Shown here one piece after another: positions 8,394 to 17,127 of a stretch of 47,433 nucleotides of DNA. Location of the stretch: IMG/VR virus record IMGVR_UViG_3300015050_000778, positions 1 to 47,433 of that record. The stretch is one strand, 5' to 3'. The notes below the pieces were generated by a model. That model made no database searches. It worked only from the letters and a program-made list of their open reading frames with translations, and was not told the DNA's origin. The DNA comes from a virus (Duplodnaviria; Caudoviricetes). Each line of letters begins with the position of its first letter. Within the stretch, counting starts at the first letter, position 1. The translations under genes and the position numbers were made by a program.

Positions 8394-8842
8394 AATGTAT
8401 GTTGATCCGCAGCGACACCGGGCTTCGCGGTTCAACCCCAGCCGATCACGACGCGTGGACTAAATTCAAGCGCAAGCTGGAGACAATGAAACCAGGCACT
8501 TGGATGCGCTTGGAGTGGAGTCGTCCACGCAACGGCCCACATCACCGGAAATTCTTTGCCCTGCTATCGCTGGTTGCCGAGAACAGTGAGACCTACAACA
8601 CCACTGAAAAGGCCCTGGTAGCGGTAAAGCTAGCCGCTGGGTTCTTTGACCCATTCGTAGACCCAAAGACCGGGGAAATAATCCAGATACCGCAGTCAAT
8701 CAGCTATGACGCGATGGATCAGGATAGCTTCGAGTTGTTCTATAGCGCCGCAATCGATGCTGTGCTGCAACATATTCTGCCAACGATTGATCGAGAAACT
8801 GCCGATAGGCTGCTGGACATGGTGATTGAGGGGTGGGGATGA
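8390..8842 (+). CDS. DUF1367-like protein (nin region)
   Basis: RNGPHHRKFFALL and PQSISYDAMDQ..F..FY motifs; GTG start. Confidence 0.75.
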   Translation: MKCMLIRSDTGLRGSTPADHDAWTKFKRKLETMKPGTWMRLEWSRPRNGPHHRKFFALLSLVAENSETYNTTEKALVAVKLAAGFFDPFVDPKTGEIIQIPQSISYDAMDQDSFELFYSAAIDAVLQHILPTIDRETADRLLDMVIEGWG

Positions 8843-8879
8843 CCGTTCGTCGGAAATTCAAAAATAGTTGGAATAGGGC

Positions 8880-8908
8880 TTGCGTGGTGCCGCGTTACTA
8901 TTTATGAT
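8880..8908 (+). promoter_or_regulatory. Sigma70-like promoter of an accessory cassette
   Basis: TTGCGT-17 nt-TATGAT with an A-rich upstream element. Confidence 0.7.
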
Positions 8909-8938
8909 TGGGCCATCAACCACCCGGGAGTAATCGAA

Positions 8939-9133
8939 ATGCTGCAAACCAAAGAACACTACGAGCTTATGGCGGAATTCGAAAAAGAGTTCAAGGGTAA
9001 TCGGATGGACAAAGAGGCGAAGCAAGATTGGCCGCGTGGCATCGTGTACGAAGATGGCATGACAAATAATCTTTTCCTTGCATATCGCAAGGGATATGGA
9101 CTGGGTAAGGCTGTTGAACGGATGGGGGCTTAA
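8939..9133 (+). CDS. Hypothetical protein
   Basis: GGGAG RBS after the promoter. Confidence 0.8.
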   Translation: MLQTKEHYELMAEFEKEFKGNRMDKEAKQDWPRGIVYEDGMTNNLFLAYRKGYGLGKAVERMGA

Positions 9134-9240
9134 TGACCCGCACCGACCAACACCGCACCGCCTTCGCGGTCTACCAAGCGTTCCTCGCAGCGCTTTGGGG
9201 CCGCGAGTCTTTCACCCCCAATAACGCCGTAACGGCGTGA
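9133..9240 (+). CDS. Small hypothetical protein (35 aa)
   Basis: TAATG overlap; MTRTDQHRTAFAVYQAFLAALWG... Confidence 0.45.
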   Translation: MTRTDQHRTAFAVYQAFLAALWGRESFTPNNAVTA

Positions 9241-9260
9241 TTCATCAACAGGAGCCAAAA

Positions 9261-9827
9261 ATGAAAACAACTCTTAACCAAATCCGCGCCAAGTCGCCAT
9301 GTACCGAGGGATGGCAGAAACTGCTTAGCCATCTCGGAAAAACCAAAGCTGATGATGAGCCGCTGAGCATCGTAACGGTGCTGGATAGCAATGGTCTGGA
9401 TGATGCGCTGTGGTGCCTGCAAGCGGTCAAAGGCCGCGACCGTGAAATCCGATTGTTTGGCGTTTGGTGCGCTCGACAAGTCCAGCACTTGATGACTGAT
9501 CAACGCAGCCTTGACGCGCTTGATGTGGCCGAGCGCTTCGCGAATGGTGCGGCAACCGAGGAGGAGCTGGCTGCTGCGAGGGCTGCTGCGTGGGATGCTG
9601 CGAGGGCTGCTGCGTGGGATGCTGCGAGGGCTGCTGCGAGGGCTGCTGCGTGGGATGCTGCGAGGGCTGCTGCGTGGGATGCTGCGAGGGCTGCTGCGTG
9701 GGATGCTGCGAGGGCTGCTGCGTGGGTTGCTGCGAGGGATGCTGCGTGGGTTGCTGCGAGGGATGCTCAGGCAAAACGCCTCCGTGAAATCTGTGCCGAA
9801 TGTGACGCGGTTGCGGCTGTCGAATGA
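9261..9827 (+). CDS. Hypothetical protein with AAWD/AARA tetrapeptide repeats
   Basis: AGGAG RBS; MKTTLNQIRAKSPCTEGWQKLL...SNGLDDALWCL followed by 16 AAxx units. Confidence 0.85.
   Translation: MKTTLNQIRAKSPCTEGWQKLLSHLGKTKADDEPLSIVTVLDSNGLDDALWCLQAVKGRDREIRLFGVWCARQVQHLMTDQRSLDALDVAERFANGAATEEELAAARAAAWDAARAAAWDAARAAARAAAWDAARAAAWDAARAAAWDAARAAAWVAARDAAWVAARDAQAKRLREICAECDAVAAVE
9570..9767 (+). repeat. 12-nt tandem repeat GCTGCG-(A/T)GG-G(C/A/T)T, 16 units
   Basis: Read directly. Confidence 0.95.
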
Positions 9828-10000
9828 CCGCAAAAACAAACGCCCAAAAGCAGGCCGACTACCGCGCCCGCCTAGCAGCCAAGGGGCTGACAGAGATTCG
9901 CGGGCTTCATGCGCCCCCAGTGGAGCATGAGGCGCGGAAGATTGAATTCAAGGCGGCGCTGAAAAAGCCCGTCAAAAAAATCCAGGAGCAGAAACCATGA
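9824..10000 (+). CDS. Small basic protein, possibly DNA-binding (58 aa)
   Basis: Below the track cutoff; MTAKTNAQKQADYRARLAAKGLTEIRG; ATGA overlaps at both ends. Confidence 0.7.
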   Translation: MTAKTNAQKQADYRARLAAKGLTEIRGLHAPPVEHEARKIEFKAALKKPVKKIQEQKP

Positions 10001-10206
10001 CAGACGAAGAGGATTATTTGCGTCAGACGCTACATCGGTTGCGCGTGGAATATGAAAAGGCTGCGGAACCCTACTGGCAGCAGCTTTACCGATTGAAGGA
10101 CCTTGAGCCCATGCCATCAATCATGATTAATCTCGCCGATCTGCCGGAAAGTACGCGAAGAATGCTAGAAGGCCAAGTCGGCGAAATCAAGGAGTTGAAG
10201 TCATGA
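9997..10206 (+). CDS. Hypothetical protein
   Basis: AGGAG RBS and overlap. Confidence 0.7.
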   Translation: MTDEEDYLRQTLHRLRVEYEKAAEPYWQQLYRLKDLEPMPSIMINLADLPESTRRMLEGQVGEIKELKS

Positions 10207-10577
10207 AAAACCTAATCGCCCTCTGCCTCATGACCCTGTCAATGGCCTGCCAAGCAGCGCCAACAGATCCTAAAAAGTGGGACTCGACCACTACTGACGC
10301 TCAAAAGCTCAAAGACGTTAAGGCCAACTACCGCGCCGTCTGTGAGCGCATGTCGGGCTATGCCGCAACCATCATGGCAATGCGCCAAGATAATTACGCA
10401 TTTACCGAGGTCATCAAGGTCATGGAAATGCAGACCGGTGGAAACGAGCTGGATCCTATGGTGATGGACGCCTATGAGACGATCTACTTTCGACGCCATG
10501 AGCCAATGACGACTGATGCGATTCGTAGCTTTGCCAATAAATGGGGATTGATCTGCGTGAAATACTTTCGCCGGTAG
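10203..10577 (+). CDS. Putative secreted/periplasmic protein
   Basis: Signal-peptide-like N-terminus MKNLIALCLMTLSMACQA; AAGGAG RBS. Confidence 0.7.
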   Translation: MKNLIALCLMTLSMACQAAPTDPKKWDSTTTDAQKLKDVKANYRAVCERMSGYAATIMAMRQDNYAFTEVIKVMEMQTGGNELDPMVMDAYETIYFRRHEPMTTDAIRSFANKWGLICVKYFRR

Positions 10578-10627
10578 CTACCAAAATCCTGCATTGATGG
10601 CTAGAATCCTGAAAACCAGGAGGCCGC

Positions 10628-10912
10628 ATGCATATTCAATGCCAGGAAGCGACGTTAGAAGGCGATGACGAGATAGACGACAGCCCAATTATCCGCCTGA
10701 TGACCAAAGCCGAGGAGTGCCAGAGGCCGGCGCTCACGTCGCCCTGCTCTGTTTTTGACCTGGCAGGCAAGGAATACGGCCCACGTCGGGTATCTAAGGC
10801 CAAGCCCAAGGGAGCCCAGAGCCACACGGGGCGGATCGACATGGAGTATGGGATTACGAGGGTTGCTGGTGCCGCCTACCCATCCCGAGAAGTTCGGGAT
10901 TTTGACGAATAA
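10628..10912 (+). CDS. Hypothetical protein
   Basis: AGGAGG RBS. Confidence 0.7.
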   Translation: MHIQCQEATLEGDDEIDDSPIIRLMTKAEECQRPALTSPCSVFDLAGKEYGPRRVSKAKPKGAQSHTGRIDMEYGITRVAGAAYPSREVRDFDE

Positions 10913-10915
10913 AAC

Positions 10916-10944
10916 TGGACTGGTCGGGGAAAGCCCGATAAAAT
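10916..10944 (+). promoter_or_regulatory. Sigma70-like promoter followed by a structured leader
   Basis: TGGACT-17 nt-TAAAAT. Confidence 0.5.
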
Positions 10945-11032
10945 ACATGACGTGGCTAGGGCCTGCAGCTCGAAAGGCGATTCATCACCGCTTGCCACAC
11001 TTTTTCTGATGACACTTTGATTAGGTGAAAAC

Positions 11033-11371
11033 ATGAAATTAACTCAATCCCCCGAATCCGCCATTGCCCAGCATACGCCCGGGCCTTGGGCGGTTAGCAA
11101 AAACACGCCGCTCATATTTGGACGGACACAGGGTGCGGGGCTTGAGCCTCTTGGCTTTATCTACGGCCCTCCATTTGAAGAGCGCTCTGAAGTCGGCCGA
11201 CGGGCAAAGGCGGATGTCGCCTTATGCGCCGCTGCCCCTGAGTTGCTGGATGTGGCTCAAAAACTTGTATCGGCGTTCATGTCCCACACTCAATGGAATG
11301 GTGATCCTCCTGCGGAAATTATGCAAGCCCGCGCAGTCATCGCCAAAGCCACTCAAGAAGAAGCCAAATGA
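11033..11371 (+). CDS. Hypothetical phage protein (HTPGPW...AAAPELL type)
   Basis: Typical HTPGPW, AAAPELL and ARAVIAKA motifs. Confidence 0.75.
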   Translation: MKLTQSPESAIAQHTPGPWAVSKNTPLIFGRTQGAGLEPLGFIYGPPFEERSEVGRRAKADVALCAAAPELLDVAQKLVSAFMSHTQWNGDPPAEIMQARAVIAKATQEEAK

Positions 11372-11562
11372 AGACGGATCAATACACCGCCGAACAAATT
11401 CAGCACTACAAGCAGTTTGAAAAGGTTCGCCAAGGTGGCCGATTCAGCATGATTGATCCTGAGGCAATGGCTGCGTCCGAGTTGGACAGGGACGAGTTCA
11501 TATTTGTAATGAAAAACTATTCAAATTTGCGCGCAGCCGCTGCTATTGGGGAGGCGAAATGA
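11368..11562 (+). CDS. Hypothetical protein
   Basis: Overlap-coupled. Confidence 0.7.
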   Translation: MKTDQYTAEQIQHYKQFEKVRQGGRFSMIDPEAMAASELDRDEFIFVMKNYSNLRAAAAIGEAK

Positions 11563-12116
11563 ACGAAGTTAAGATTATCGCCGAGCTGATTCAAAAGGCT
11601 CTGGATGCTGGGCCTACAGATGGCCCATGGCGTGGACAAGAGCTTGAGGCTCGTGACGGTAGTTTCTTCCCGTCATTCACAGCCCTTCCATCTGGCCGGT
11701 TTCACCATGACCCGCAAGTCGATGCTGATTACATCGCGGCTTGTAATCCTGCAAATATTCGCGTTCTTCTTGCTGCCATTGCCGCCCAACCCCCGCAACA
11801 AGACAAGCAGGATGCGGCTGGATTGTTGGATGATGCTGTGATCGATATGGTAAAGGCCGCTGGCCTGGATTGGCATGCTGGATTCAACCTTGACGACGAG
11901 AACCGTTACGGCACACTAGCCCGCATGGCATTCAATCTCGGTGCAGCCCAAAATCCGCTGGATTCGCCGCGATTCCACTATCTTTGCCAGGATATGAAAA
12001 ATGGCCCAGAAAAGCGGGAGCGTGATAGGCTCTTGAACCGGATGTGCGTGATGACTTACGCCGCCATTTGCGCTGAAATTGACGCCGCCCGCGCTGCTAG
12101 CGTGAAGGGGGAATGA
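11559..12116 (+). CDS. Ead/Ea22-like mosaic protein
   Basis: T.GPW...DADYIAACNP motif. Confidence 0.7.
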   Translation: MNEVKIIAELIQKALDAGPTDGPWRGQELEARDGSFFPSFTALPSGRFHHDPQVDADYIAACNPANIRVLLAAIAAQPPQQDKQDAAGLLDDAVIDMVKAAGLDWHAGFNLDDENRYGTLARMAFNLGAAQNPLDSPRFHYLCQDMKNGPEKRERDRLLNRMCVMTYAAICAEIDAARAASVKGE

Positions 12117-12337
12117 TGAAAGCCGGAATCGCAATCGACACATGGAAGCTGCCAATCTTTGAGCGGCATCTGACCCAGGCCGGGTATTCCTTTGAAAATC
12201 AAGGCCAACTCATGAAGGAGGTCAAAGTTTTGTCAGTGACCACTGACAACGTAGACGCCCTCCAAGTCGTCATTAAGGCGGCAAACACTGAAGCCGCACA
12301 AACCGGGAACGGGACGGACTTTGGCGGAAGCCATTAA
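12113..12337 (+). CDS. Hypothetical protein
   Basis: Overlap-coupled. Confidence 0.7.
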   Translation: MMKAGIAIDTWKLPIFERHLTQAGYSFENQGQLMKEVKVLSVTTDNVDALQVVIKAANTEAAQTGNGTDFGGSH

Positions 12338-12346
12338 AATAGAGCC

Positions 12347-12931
12347 ATGACGCCAGACCAGAAATTCCTCTTTGACCAGCTCACCCAGCTACAGCAGCGA
12401 GTGGCTACTAACGTCCTGTCCGGGATGAGCCAGAGGCAGGCTTATGTAGTGGGTGGGGGGTCGGCTGAAGGTGAGGGATCGATGGACGCCACATCATCCG
12501 AACTCCTAAGTAACCCTAAGGTGGTAGCGTTCATGGACGCCATGAAGGATGAGGCCGTTTCCGAGGCCGTCATGAGCCGTAAGGAGGCCATGGAGAAGCT
12601 CTCGGTGCTTGCCCGTACCGACCTGAAGGACTTGGTTGATTTCGGCTCCTACGAGCTTGGAATCGATGAAGAGTCGGGGAATCCAATCATCCAGGCATCG
12701 TGGAAAATCAAGAGTTCGGCAATGCAAGACCCGAAGCAGATGGCCGCGATTTCGGAGCTGACGGCCGGCAAGGATGGCATCAAGATCAAGACTCACAGCC
12801 AGATCGATGCCATCAAGCAGCTTGCCAAGATGCAGGGATGGGAGGCCGCGCAGAAACTGGACCTGTCCAATACTGACGGCACCCTAGCAATGCCTACCCG
12901 GATTGAGCTAGTAGCCCCGAAAGACAAGTGA
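12347..12931 (+). CDS. terS: Terminase small subunit
   Basis: LTQLQQR..., SELLSNPKV, IKIKTHSQIDAIKQLAKMQG; immediately before TerL. Confidence 0.85.
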   Translation: MTPDQKFLFDQLTQLQQRVATNVLSGMSQRQAYVVGGGSAEGEGSMDATSSELLSNPKVVAFMDAMKDEAVSEAVMSRKEAMEKLSVLARTDLKDLVDFGSYELGIDEESGNPIIQASWKIKSSAMQDPKQMAAISELTAGKDGIKIKTHSQIDAIKQLAKMQGWEAAQKLDLSNTDGTLAMPTRIELVAPKDK

Positions 12932-14199
12932 CCACGAATCAGGTCACGGCTCAGATTGAGCTACCCGCAAAGCTCATAGAGCTATTCTCCTCGCCATCAA
13001 GGTACAAGGCGGCTTGGGGTGGACGGGGGTCAGGGAAAACCCGTAGCTTTGCCCTGATGACCGCCATCAAGGCCTACATGCTTGCCGAGGAGGGGAAGGC
13101 CGGGGTGATCCTAAGCGCCCGTGAGTACATGAATTCGCTTGAAGAGTCCTCAATGGAGGAAATCAAGCAGGCGATTCGTGCCGTTCCCTGGCTGAATGCC
13201 TACTTCGATATCGGCGAAAAGTACATCCGAACGAAGAATCGGAAAATCTCCTATGTGTTCGCTGGGCTACACCACAACCTTGACAGCATCAAGTCAAAGG
13301 CGCGGGTGCTGCTGGCATGGATCGACGAAGCGGACTCTGTTAGCGAGATAGCTTGGCAAAAGCTGCTGCCCACGGTGCGGGAGAACGGCTCAGAGGTGTA
13401 CGTCTGCTGGAACCCGGAGCTTGAAGGCTCGCCAACTGACAAACGGTTTCGCCAAACCCCCCCGCCCGAATGCATGGGCGTAGAGCTAAATTACTCAGAT
13501 AACCCATGGTTTCCAGAGGTTCTGGACGTAGAGCGCAAGTCAGACTATGACCGGCTTGACCCGCAAACCTATGCCTGGATATGGGAGGGAGCCTATCGCC
13601 AGAACTCCGACGCGCAGATTTTTGCCAACAAATACCGTATCGCAGAGTTTGAGCCTAACCCCAAGTGGAACGGCCCATATGATGGCCTAGACTTCGGCTT
13701 TGCCCAAGACCCGACAGCCGGCGTGCGTTGCTGGATCGATGAGCCGAGGGCTACGCTGTATATCGAGTATGAGGCCGGGAAGGTGGGGCTGGAGCTTGAC
13801 GACACAGCCCAATTCATCTCTGAGAGGATACCGGGATATGGCGGTGTGGCCATCCGAGCCGATTCGGCTAGGCCCGAGTCCATCAGCTATCTATCCCGCA
13901 ATGGCTTGCCTTACATCCAGGCGGTAGACAAGTGGCCGGGATCTGTAGAGGACGGGATTAGCCACATGCGCAGCTACAAGGAAATCGTCATCCATCCCCG
14001 CTGCAAGGAAACGCTGAAAGAGTTCCGCATGTACAGCTACAAGGTTGACCGCCTGACCGGTGACATTCTGACCATTGTTGTGGACAAGTGGAATCATTAT
14101 GTTGACGCCATCCGGTACGCCTTGGGGCCGATGATTCAAGGGCGCGGCCGGCTGAAGATCAGCAAAGAGGCGTTGGCACAAGCCGCAAGAAGGCGTTAG
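12928..14199 (+). CDS. terL: Terminase large subunit (PBSX-like)
   Basis: GGRGSGKT, WIDEA, GLDFG..DP, DSARP, NHYVDAIRY. Confidence 0.95.
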   Translation: MTTNQVTAQIELPAKLIELFSSPSRYKAAWGGRGSGKTRSFALMTAIKAYMLAEEGKAGVILSAREYMNSLEESSMEEIKQAIRAVPWLNAYFDIGEKYIRTKNRKISYVFAGLHHNLDSIKSKARVLLAWIDEADSVSEIAWQKLLPTVRENGSEVYVCWNPELEGSPTDKRFRQTPPPECMGVELNYSDNPWFPEVLDVERKSDYDRLDPQTYAWIWEGAYRQNSDAQIFANKYRIAEFEPNPKWNGPYDGLDFGFAQDPTAGVRCWIDEPRATLYIEYEAGKVGLELDDTAQFISERIPGYGGVAIRADSARPESISYLSRNGLPYIQAVDKWPGSVEDGISHMRSYKEIVIHPRCKETLKEFRMYSYKVDRLTGDILTIVVDKWNHYVDAIRYALGPMIQGRGRLKISKEALAQAARRR

Positions 14200-14235
14200 G
14201 ATAAACTAGCATAATGCGTGCAATTTGGAGCAGTT

Positions 14236-15891
14236 ATGAACAATGAGCCGACAGGCCGAGCCAAGGGCGGTAAAGCCGCATCAGACAAGCTAACCCCGGA
14301 GGAGCGCTCAGAGCGGGCGCGCAAGGGGGCTAAGGCTCGATGGGCAAAGAAGTCTGAGCCTCAGACTAAAACCGGCCTATCCCAAGGCATGGCAATGGCT
14401 CGCGCCAAGGCGGCAGAAAAGCCAGCGCCGCCCAGATTCTCCCCGCCAGCAATCATGCCCGGAGTAGTGCCCAAGGGTGAAAAGTCCGCTATTGCAATGG
14501 ACTACGCACCGGGCGTGTACGACTTCGCCAACATGGGCGCATGGGGCGATAGCTACTTCACCCCGTTTCCCGGTTATCCCTATCTGGCCGGCCTTGCCAC
14601 CCGGGCGGAATACCGCGCCTTCGCTGATTCCCTGTCCTCCGAACTAACGCGAGAGTGGATCAGATTCAAAGGAGCCGCAGCTATTGACGGCGATGGTGAA
14701 GACGAGCAGGACAAGATCCGCATTGCCGAGTTGGAAGACGCCATCAAAAAGCACAACCTGAAAGACCTGTTCAAGCTGGCGGCGGCTCAGGATTGCTTCT
14801 TTGGCCGTGCTCAGATCAGCGTGAACCTGAAGGGGGCCGATAACAAGCTGCCCATGGTTCTAAGCCCCAAGACCATCAAAATGGGAACGCTGGAGGGCTT
14901 TACCTGCATTGAGGCCATGTGGACAACCCCGAGCGCCTACAACGCCAGCGACCCTACTGCGGTGGACTTCTACAAGCCTCGCGAATGGTTTGTGCTGGGT
15001 AAGCAGGTGCACGCCTCCCGCATCCAGACGATCATCACCCGGCCACTGCCTGACATGCTCAAGCCGGCCTACAACTTCTCGGGTATCAGCCTGAGCCAGC
15101 TTGCCGAGCCCTACGTGAACAACTGGCTGCGCACCCGGCAAAGCATCTCAGACTTGATAAACAACTTCTCGATTACCGCGCTGAAGACCAACATGGCCAA
15201 CGTGTTGCAGGGGCAGTGCGACGGGGCGGATATGTTCGCCCGCGCCGACCTGTTCACGCTTACCCGCTCGAATAAGGGCGTGATGCTGCTGGACAAGGAA
15301 ACCGAAGAGCTGGATCAGGTCAATACCCCGCTTTCCGGCTTGCACGAGCTGCAATCCCAGTCTCAAGAGTTCATGTGCACCGTGAGCCACATCCCATCCA
15401 TCATCCTGACCGGCGTAGAGCCTGGGGGCTTGAACGCATCGAGTGACAGCGCGATCCGGGTGTTCTATGACTGGATTTCCGGCCTCCAGAACGCGCATTA
15501 CCGGCATCCCCTGGAAATCTGTATCAAGGTCATCATGCTTGACCTTTGGGGCGAGATCGATGAAACGATCACTTTTGAATTCGTCCCACTATGGCAAGCC
15601 AGCCCCAAAGAAGAGGCAGAGATTCGCAACGCCAACGCGACGGCGGCGGCTACTTATATCGACCGTGGGGTATTGTCGCCCGAGGAAGTGCGGGAAAACC
15701 TTGCAGCCGACCCAATGAGCGGGTATTCTGGCATTGATGTTTCCGCTGTGCCTGAGCCGCCTGAGCCTGACCCTATGCCGGGGTTCGGGGGTGGAGGGTT
15801 CGGCGATGATCCAGGGGCAGGAGGCAATCCTCTAGACCCCACCGCTGGTGGCACTGACCCACTGAAAACGCCAGAAGCAGCCCTTCTATAG
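14236..15891 (+). CDS. Portal protein (DUF1073-like)
   Basis: Follows TerL; FPGYPYLA.LATRAEYR, TREWI, LTG..P.GLNAS, F.F.PLWQ. Confidence 0.88.
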   Translation: MNNEPTGRAKGGKAASDKLTPEERSERARKGAKARWAKKSEPQTKTGLSQGMAMARAKAAEKPAPPRFSPPAIMPGVVPKGEKSAIAMDYAPGVYDFANMGAWGDSYFTPFPGYPYLAGLATRAEYRAFADSLSSELTREWIRFKGAAAIDGDGEDEQDKIRIAELEDAIKKHNLKDLFKLAAAQDCFFGRAQISVNLKGADNKLPMVLSPKTIKMGTLEGFTCIEAMWTTPSAYNASDPTAVDFYKPREWFVLGKQVHASRIQTIITRPLPDMLKPAYNFSGISLSQLAEPYVNNWLRTRQSISDLINNFSITALKTNMANVLQGQCDGADMFARADLFTLTRSNKGVMLLDKETEELDQVNTPLSGLHELQSQSQEFMCTVSHIPSIILTGVEPGGLNASSDSAIRVFYDWISGLQNAHYRHPLEICIKVIMLDLWGEIDETITFEFVPLWQASPKEEAEIRNANATAAATYIDRGVLSPEEVRENLAADPMSGYSGIDVSAVPEPPEPDPMPGFGGGGFGDDPGAGGNPLDPTAGGTDPLKTPEAALL

Positions 15892-15901
15892 TCGGTTCCA
15901 C

Positions 15902-16690
15902 GTGAAACAGAAAACCAAAACGACCCGCGCCATCCGTCCGAACGCGGGCGTCCAGGCGGCCTATCACAAAGCCCTATCCAAGCTAGTCAAAGAAATGTCG
16001 GACAGCGTGGAATACTGGCTCCAAGCCTCATACAAGGCCAACACGCCCGATATGGCCCTAGCCATGGACGCCCTACCCTCCAAGGTGCTAAACAAGCGAA
16101 TCAAGGAGCTATCAAAGCGCTGGACTACCCGCTTCGATGACATGTCGGACTTCATCGCTACCAAGTTCGTGGAATCGGGCAGAAAGGCGAACGACGCGGC
16201 CATGCAGAGCGCGTTTAAGGATGCTGGGTGGACTGTGCAGTTCAAGCCTACTGCCGCGATTCGGGATGCTATGAATGCGACGATTCAGGAGAATGTGAGC
16301 CTAATCAAGTCGATTCCTGAGCAGTACCTCAAGAATGTCGAGGGTTCGGTGATGAGGGGCTTCACTGCTGGCCGTGACCTTGGAGCCATTAGCCAAGAGC
16401 TTCAATTCCACTACGGGGTGACTAGCAGGCGCGCTGCCTTTATTTCGAGAGACCAGGCTAACAAGTTGTCCGCTACCGTAACGCAAGCCAGGCGCGTGGA
16501 GCTTGGGCTATACGAGGCCGAATGGGTTCATAGCGGCGCTGGTCTGCATCCTCGTCCGGAGCATGTAAAGGCTGGCAACGAAAAGCGCCGATATGACATT
16601 CGCAAAGGTTGCCTGATCGGCGGAAAATACATTCTTCCCGGCTATGAGCCTAACTGCCGGTGCAGCTCAAAGACCATCCTGCCTTTTTGA
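15902..16690 (+). CDS. Head morphogenesis protein (SPP1 gp7 / Mu gpF-like)
   Basis: NVSLIKSIP.QY, RAAFISRDQ.NK, PG.EPNCRC. Confidence 0.9.
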   Translation: MKQKTKTTRAIRPNAGVQAAYHKALSKLVKEMSDSVEYWLQASYKANTPDMALAMDALPSKVLNKRIKELSKRWTTRFDDMSDFIATKFVESGRKANDAAMQSAFKDAGWTVQFKPTAAIRDAMNATIQENVSLIKSIPEQYLKNVEGSVMRGFTAGRDLGAISQELQFHYGVTSRRAAFISRDQANKLSATVTQARRVELGLYEAEWVHSGAGLHPRPEHVKAGNEKRRYDIRKGCLIGGKYILPGYEPNCRCSSKTILPF

Positions 16691-16714
16691 CCCGACGAAA
16701 GGTAAAAATAGTTC

Positions 16715-16742
16715 TTGCGTTGTGTTGATTGTTTGATATACT
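16715..16742 (+). promoter_or_regulatory. Promoter of a moron-like cassette in the head module
   Basis: TTGCGT-16 nt-TATACT with TGn extension. Confidence 0.65.
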
Positions 16743-16774
16743 TGAATCATCAACAACGAAACGGAGTAAACGAA

Positions 16775-16972
16775 ATGACACTTACCGAAAGAATCAAAGC
16801 AGCACGCGTAGTAGTCAATGCACAGATAGAAGGCACGCCAGAATTCAATGCAGCTTGCGCAATCGTTCGTAGTCTGGTGTCCAAACAGACGGCAGCTGCG
16901 CCAGCTGAAGAATTTTGCAGCCTGGACAGTGGCATTCATCGCACGCGCATGATGGATGGTCGCTGTGTTTGA
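16775..16972 (+). CDS. Hypothetical protein (moron)
   Basis: GGAG RBS; MTLTERIKAAR... Confidence 0.75.
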   Translation: MTLTERIKAARVVVNAQIEGTPEFNAACAIVRSLVSKQTAAAPAEEFCSLDSGIHRTRMMDGRCV

Positions 16973-17127
16973 TGAAGGTGGAACCTGAAACCCTGCGGGG
17001 TTATTTCTTGCGGATGCATCGGCATTGTCTGGTGCAAGCCGCTGCATGTCGCGCAAATCCAGCGCGTTGGGATTATTTCATGTGGAGTGCCGCAGAATGC
17101 AGGAAGAGCCTAAACCGCACGCCATGA
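16972..17127 (+). CDS. Hypothetical protein (moron)
   Basis: TGATG overlap; MKVEPETLRGYF... Confidence 0.6.
   Translation: MKVEPETLRGYFLRMHRHCLVQAAACRANPARWDYFMWSAAECRKSLNRTP

Noticed and set aside
9570-9767. CRISPR array or DGR template/variable repeat
   Set aside because: The repeats are contiguous and coding, without spacers; no reverse transcriptase is present and the variation is not adenine-specific.
9171-9930. Alternative-frame ORFs (PRSS, QQPS, RGLL and GCCE repeats)
   Set aside because: By-products of a stop-free 12-nt repeat; only the 9261 frame has an RBS and a complex N-terminal domain.
14236-15891. Anti-CBASS Acb1 annotation sometimes attached to DUF1073 proteins
   Set aside because: No 2H-phosphoesterase HxT motifs seen; position and size indicate a portal.
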